Source: Candidatus Atabeyarchaeum deiterrae (GTDB lineage Archaea > Asgardarchaeota > Atabeyarchaeia > Atabeyarchaeales > Atabeyarchaeaceae). From it: a DNA stretch of 64,000 nt. Position numbers and translations under genes: made by a program. The notes below the pieces were generated by a model. It was not told where the DNA came from, did not search any database, and was given only the letters and a program-made list of their open reading frames with translations. Below are positions 63,177-64,000 of the stretch, piece by piece. Where the stretch lies: the NCBI GenBank assembly GCA_037310415.1, contig CP147780.1, positions 928,001-992,000 on the forward strand, read 5' to 3'. How positions within the stretch are numbered: the stretch's first letter is position 1; each line of letters begins with the position of its first letter.

Positions 63177-63340
63177 GATTATGTCAAATCCCCATCAGCA
63201 TTCGTGGTGAGCGAATTCAGAGCGAGTCACCTTTACTCGCATTTCATATTTACTGTTTGCTTAAGTTCGTATTCGACACCTTTTTATTGTAAGTTCACTC
63301 TACTACTAGAAAGAAAGAATGTAGAAAGGAGAACCGAAAA

Positions 63341-63973
63341 ATGACAAGTTTCCTTGCTGCTTACATTCCAGAGATAGTCAATAACGTTCCATTGATACTT
63401 CTTGTTGCTGGCATTCTGACGTTCATCTACGCAATTGTCCGGGCAAAAACTCCAAAAGGAAAAACGAGTGGACTTGAGGTCATACTGGGAGTAGTAATGT
63501 TCATAATAGGGTTATTACTGCCAATTGTAGCCGCTCTCAGTTTCTTGGATGGTCTCTGGGGCACCTTCACCATAGTACTTCTGATACTTCTCAGCATGAC
63601 GCTTGTGCTTGGACCGATCGCTAGAATAATGAAGAGGATTCCAGCGTTAGCTACTGCAGCAATTGGGGCGCTCGGAGTAGCATACTTGGTCGCTGTAGTC
63701 TTGCTGGCTGCTGTTCCCATACCACCGTTCCTTGAAACCATCATTGCTCCATATGCTAAGTGGATCATGATCGCAGTTTTCATAATCGTCGCAGCACTGT
63801 CATTCATGATAATCTTGTTTGCTAGGGGTCTCATAGAGTTCTTTGGACTCATACTTGGGGCGTGGCCCATACAGATCATAATAGCCATAGTGTGCATTGC
63901 TCAGGGTGGTTTTCTACTCGTTGGCATGAGTCTACTGCAATTCATAGAAGGCCTGCCTTTCATGCCCAAGTGA
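63341..63973 (+). CDS. hypothetical multi-pass membrane protein
   Basis: About 6 hydrophobic helices; AGGAG then ATG. Confidence 0.75.
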   Translation: MTSFLAAYIPEIVNNVPLILLVAGILTFIYAIVRAKTPKGKTSGLEVILGVVMFIIGLLLPIVAALSFLDGLWGTFTIVLLILLSMTLVLGPIARIMKRIPALATAAIGALGVAYLVAVVLLAAVPIPPFLETIIAPYAKWIMIAVFIIVAALSFMIILFARGLIEFFGLILGAWPIQIIIAIVCIAQGGFLLVGMSLLQFIEGLPFMPK

Positions 63974-64000
63974 TTCGTCTGGAGCAATTCACAGAGCTTG

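Overview
Archaeal chromosomal window (tandem thermosomes, Cdc48, topo VI A/B, RtcB, AMP phosphorylase, GGR, CofC, AK6, roadblock protein). The gene set fits a TACK/Asgard-type archaeon, but that placement is an inference. Most of it is housekeeping: methionine salvage (mtnA, mtnP), carAB, class III RNR with NrdH and activase, nadA, nnrDE, ADP-forming acyl-CoA synthetase, transporters and proteostasis genes. The standout observation is that the apparently frameshifted mtnP (MTAP) gene carries a 38-nt insertion (10160-10197) inside the conserved G-M-T motif. The insertion folds into a relaxed bulge-helix-bulge structure, and cutting at canonical BHB positions recreates GGA-ATG-ACG and a full 282-aa enzyme, which points to a tRNA-type intron in an mRNA. 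A weaker second candidate (26 nt, 3754-3779) would supply the missing start codon of a HAD hydrolase, and rtcB lies in the same window. Other points are a decaying island (~11.2-13.9 kb) with a stand-alone double-LAGLIDADG protein, a pseudogene and a HerA/VirB4-like ATPase fragment; a topo VI A with a broken DxD motif; a 42-aa poly-acidic Trp-punctuated peptide; and a degenerate HxlB paralog. No tRNA, rRNA or CRISPR array was recognised. All family calls come from recognising motifs by eye, with no database searches.
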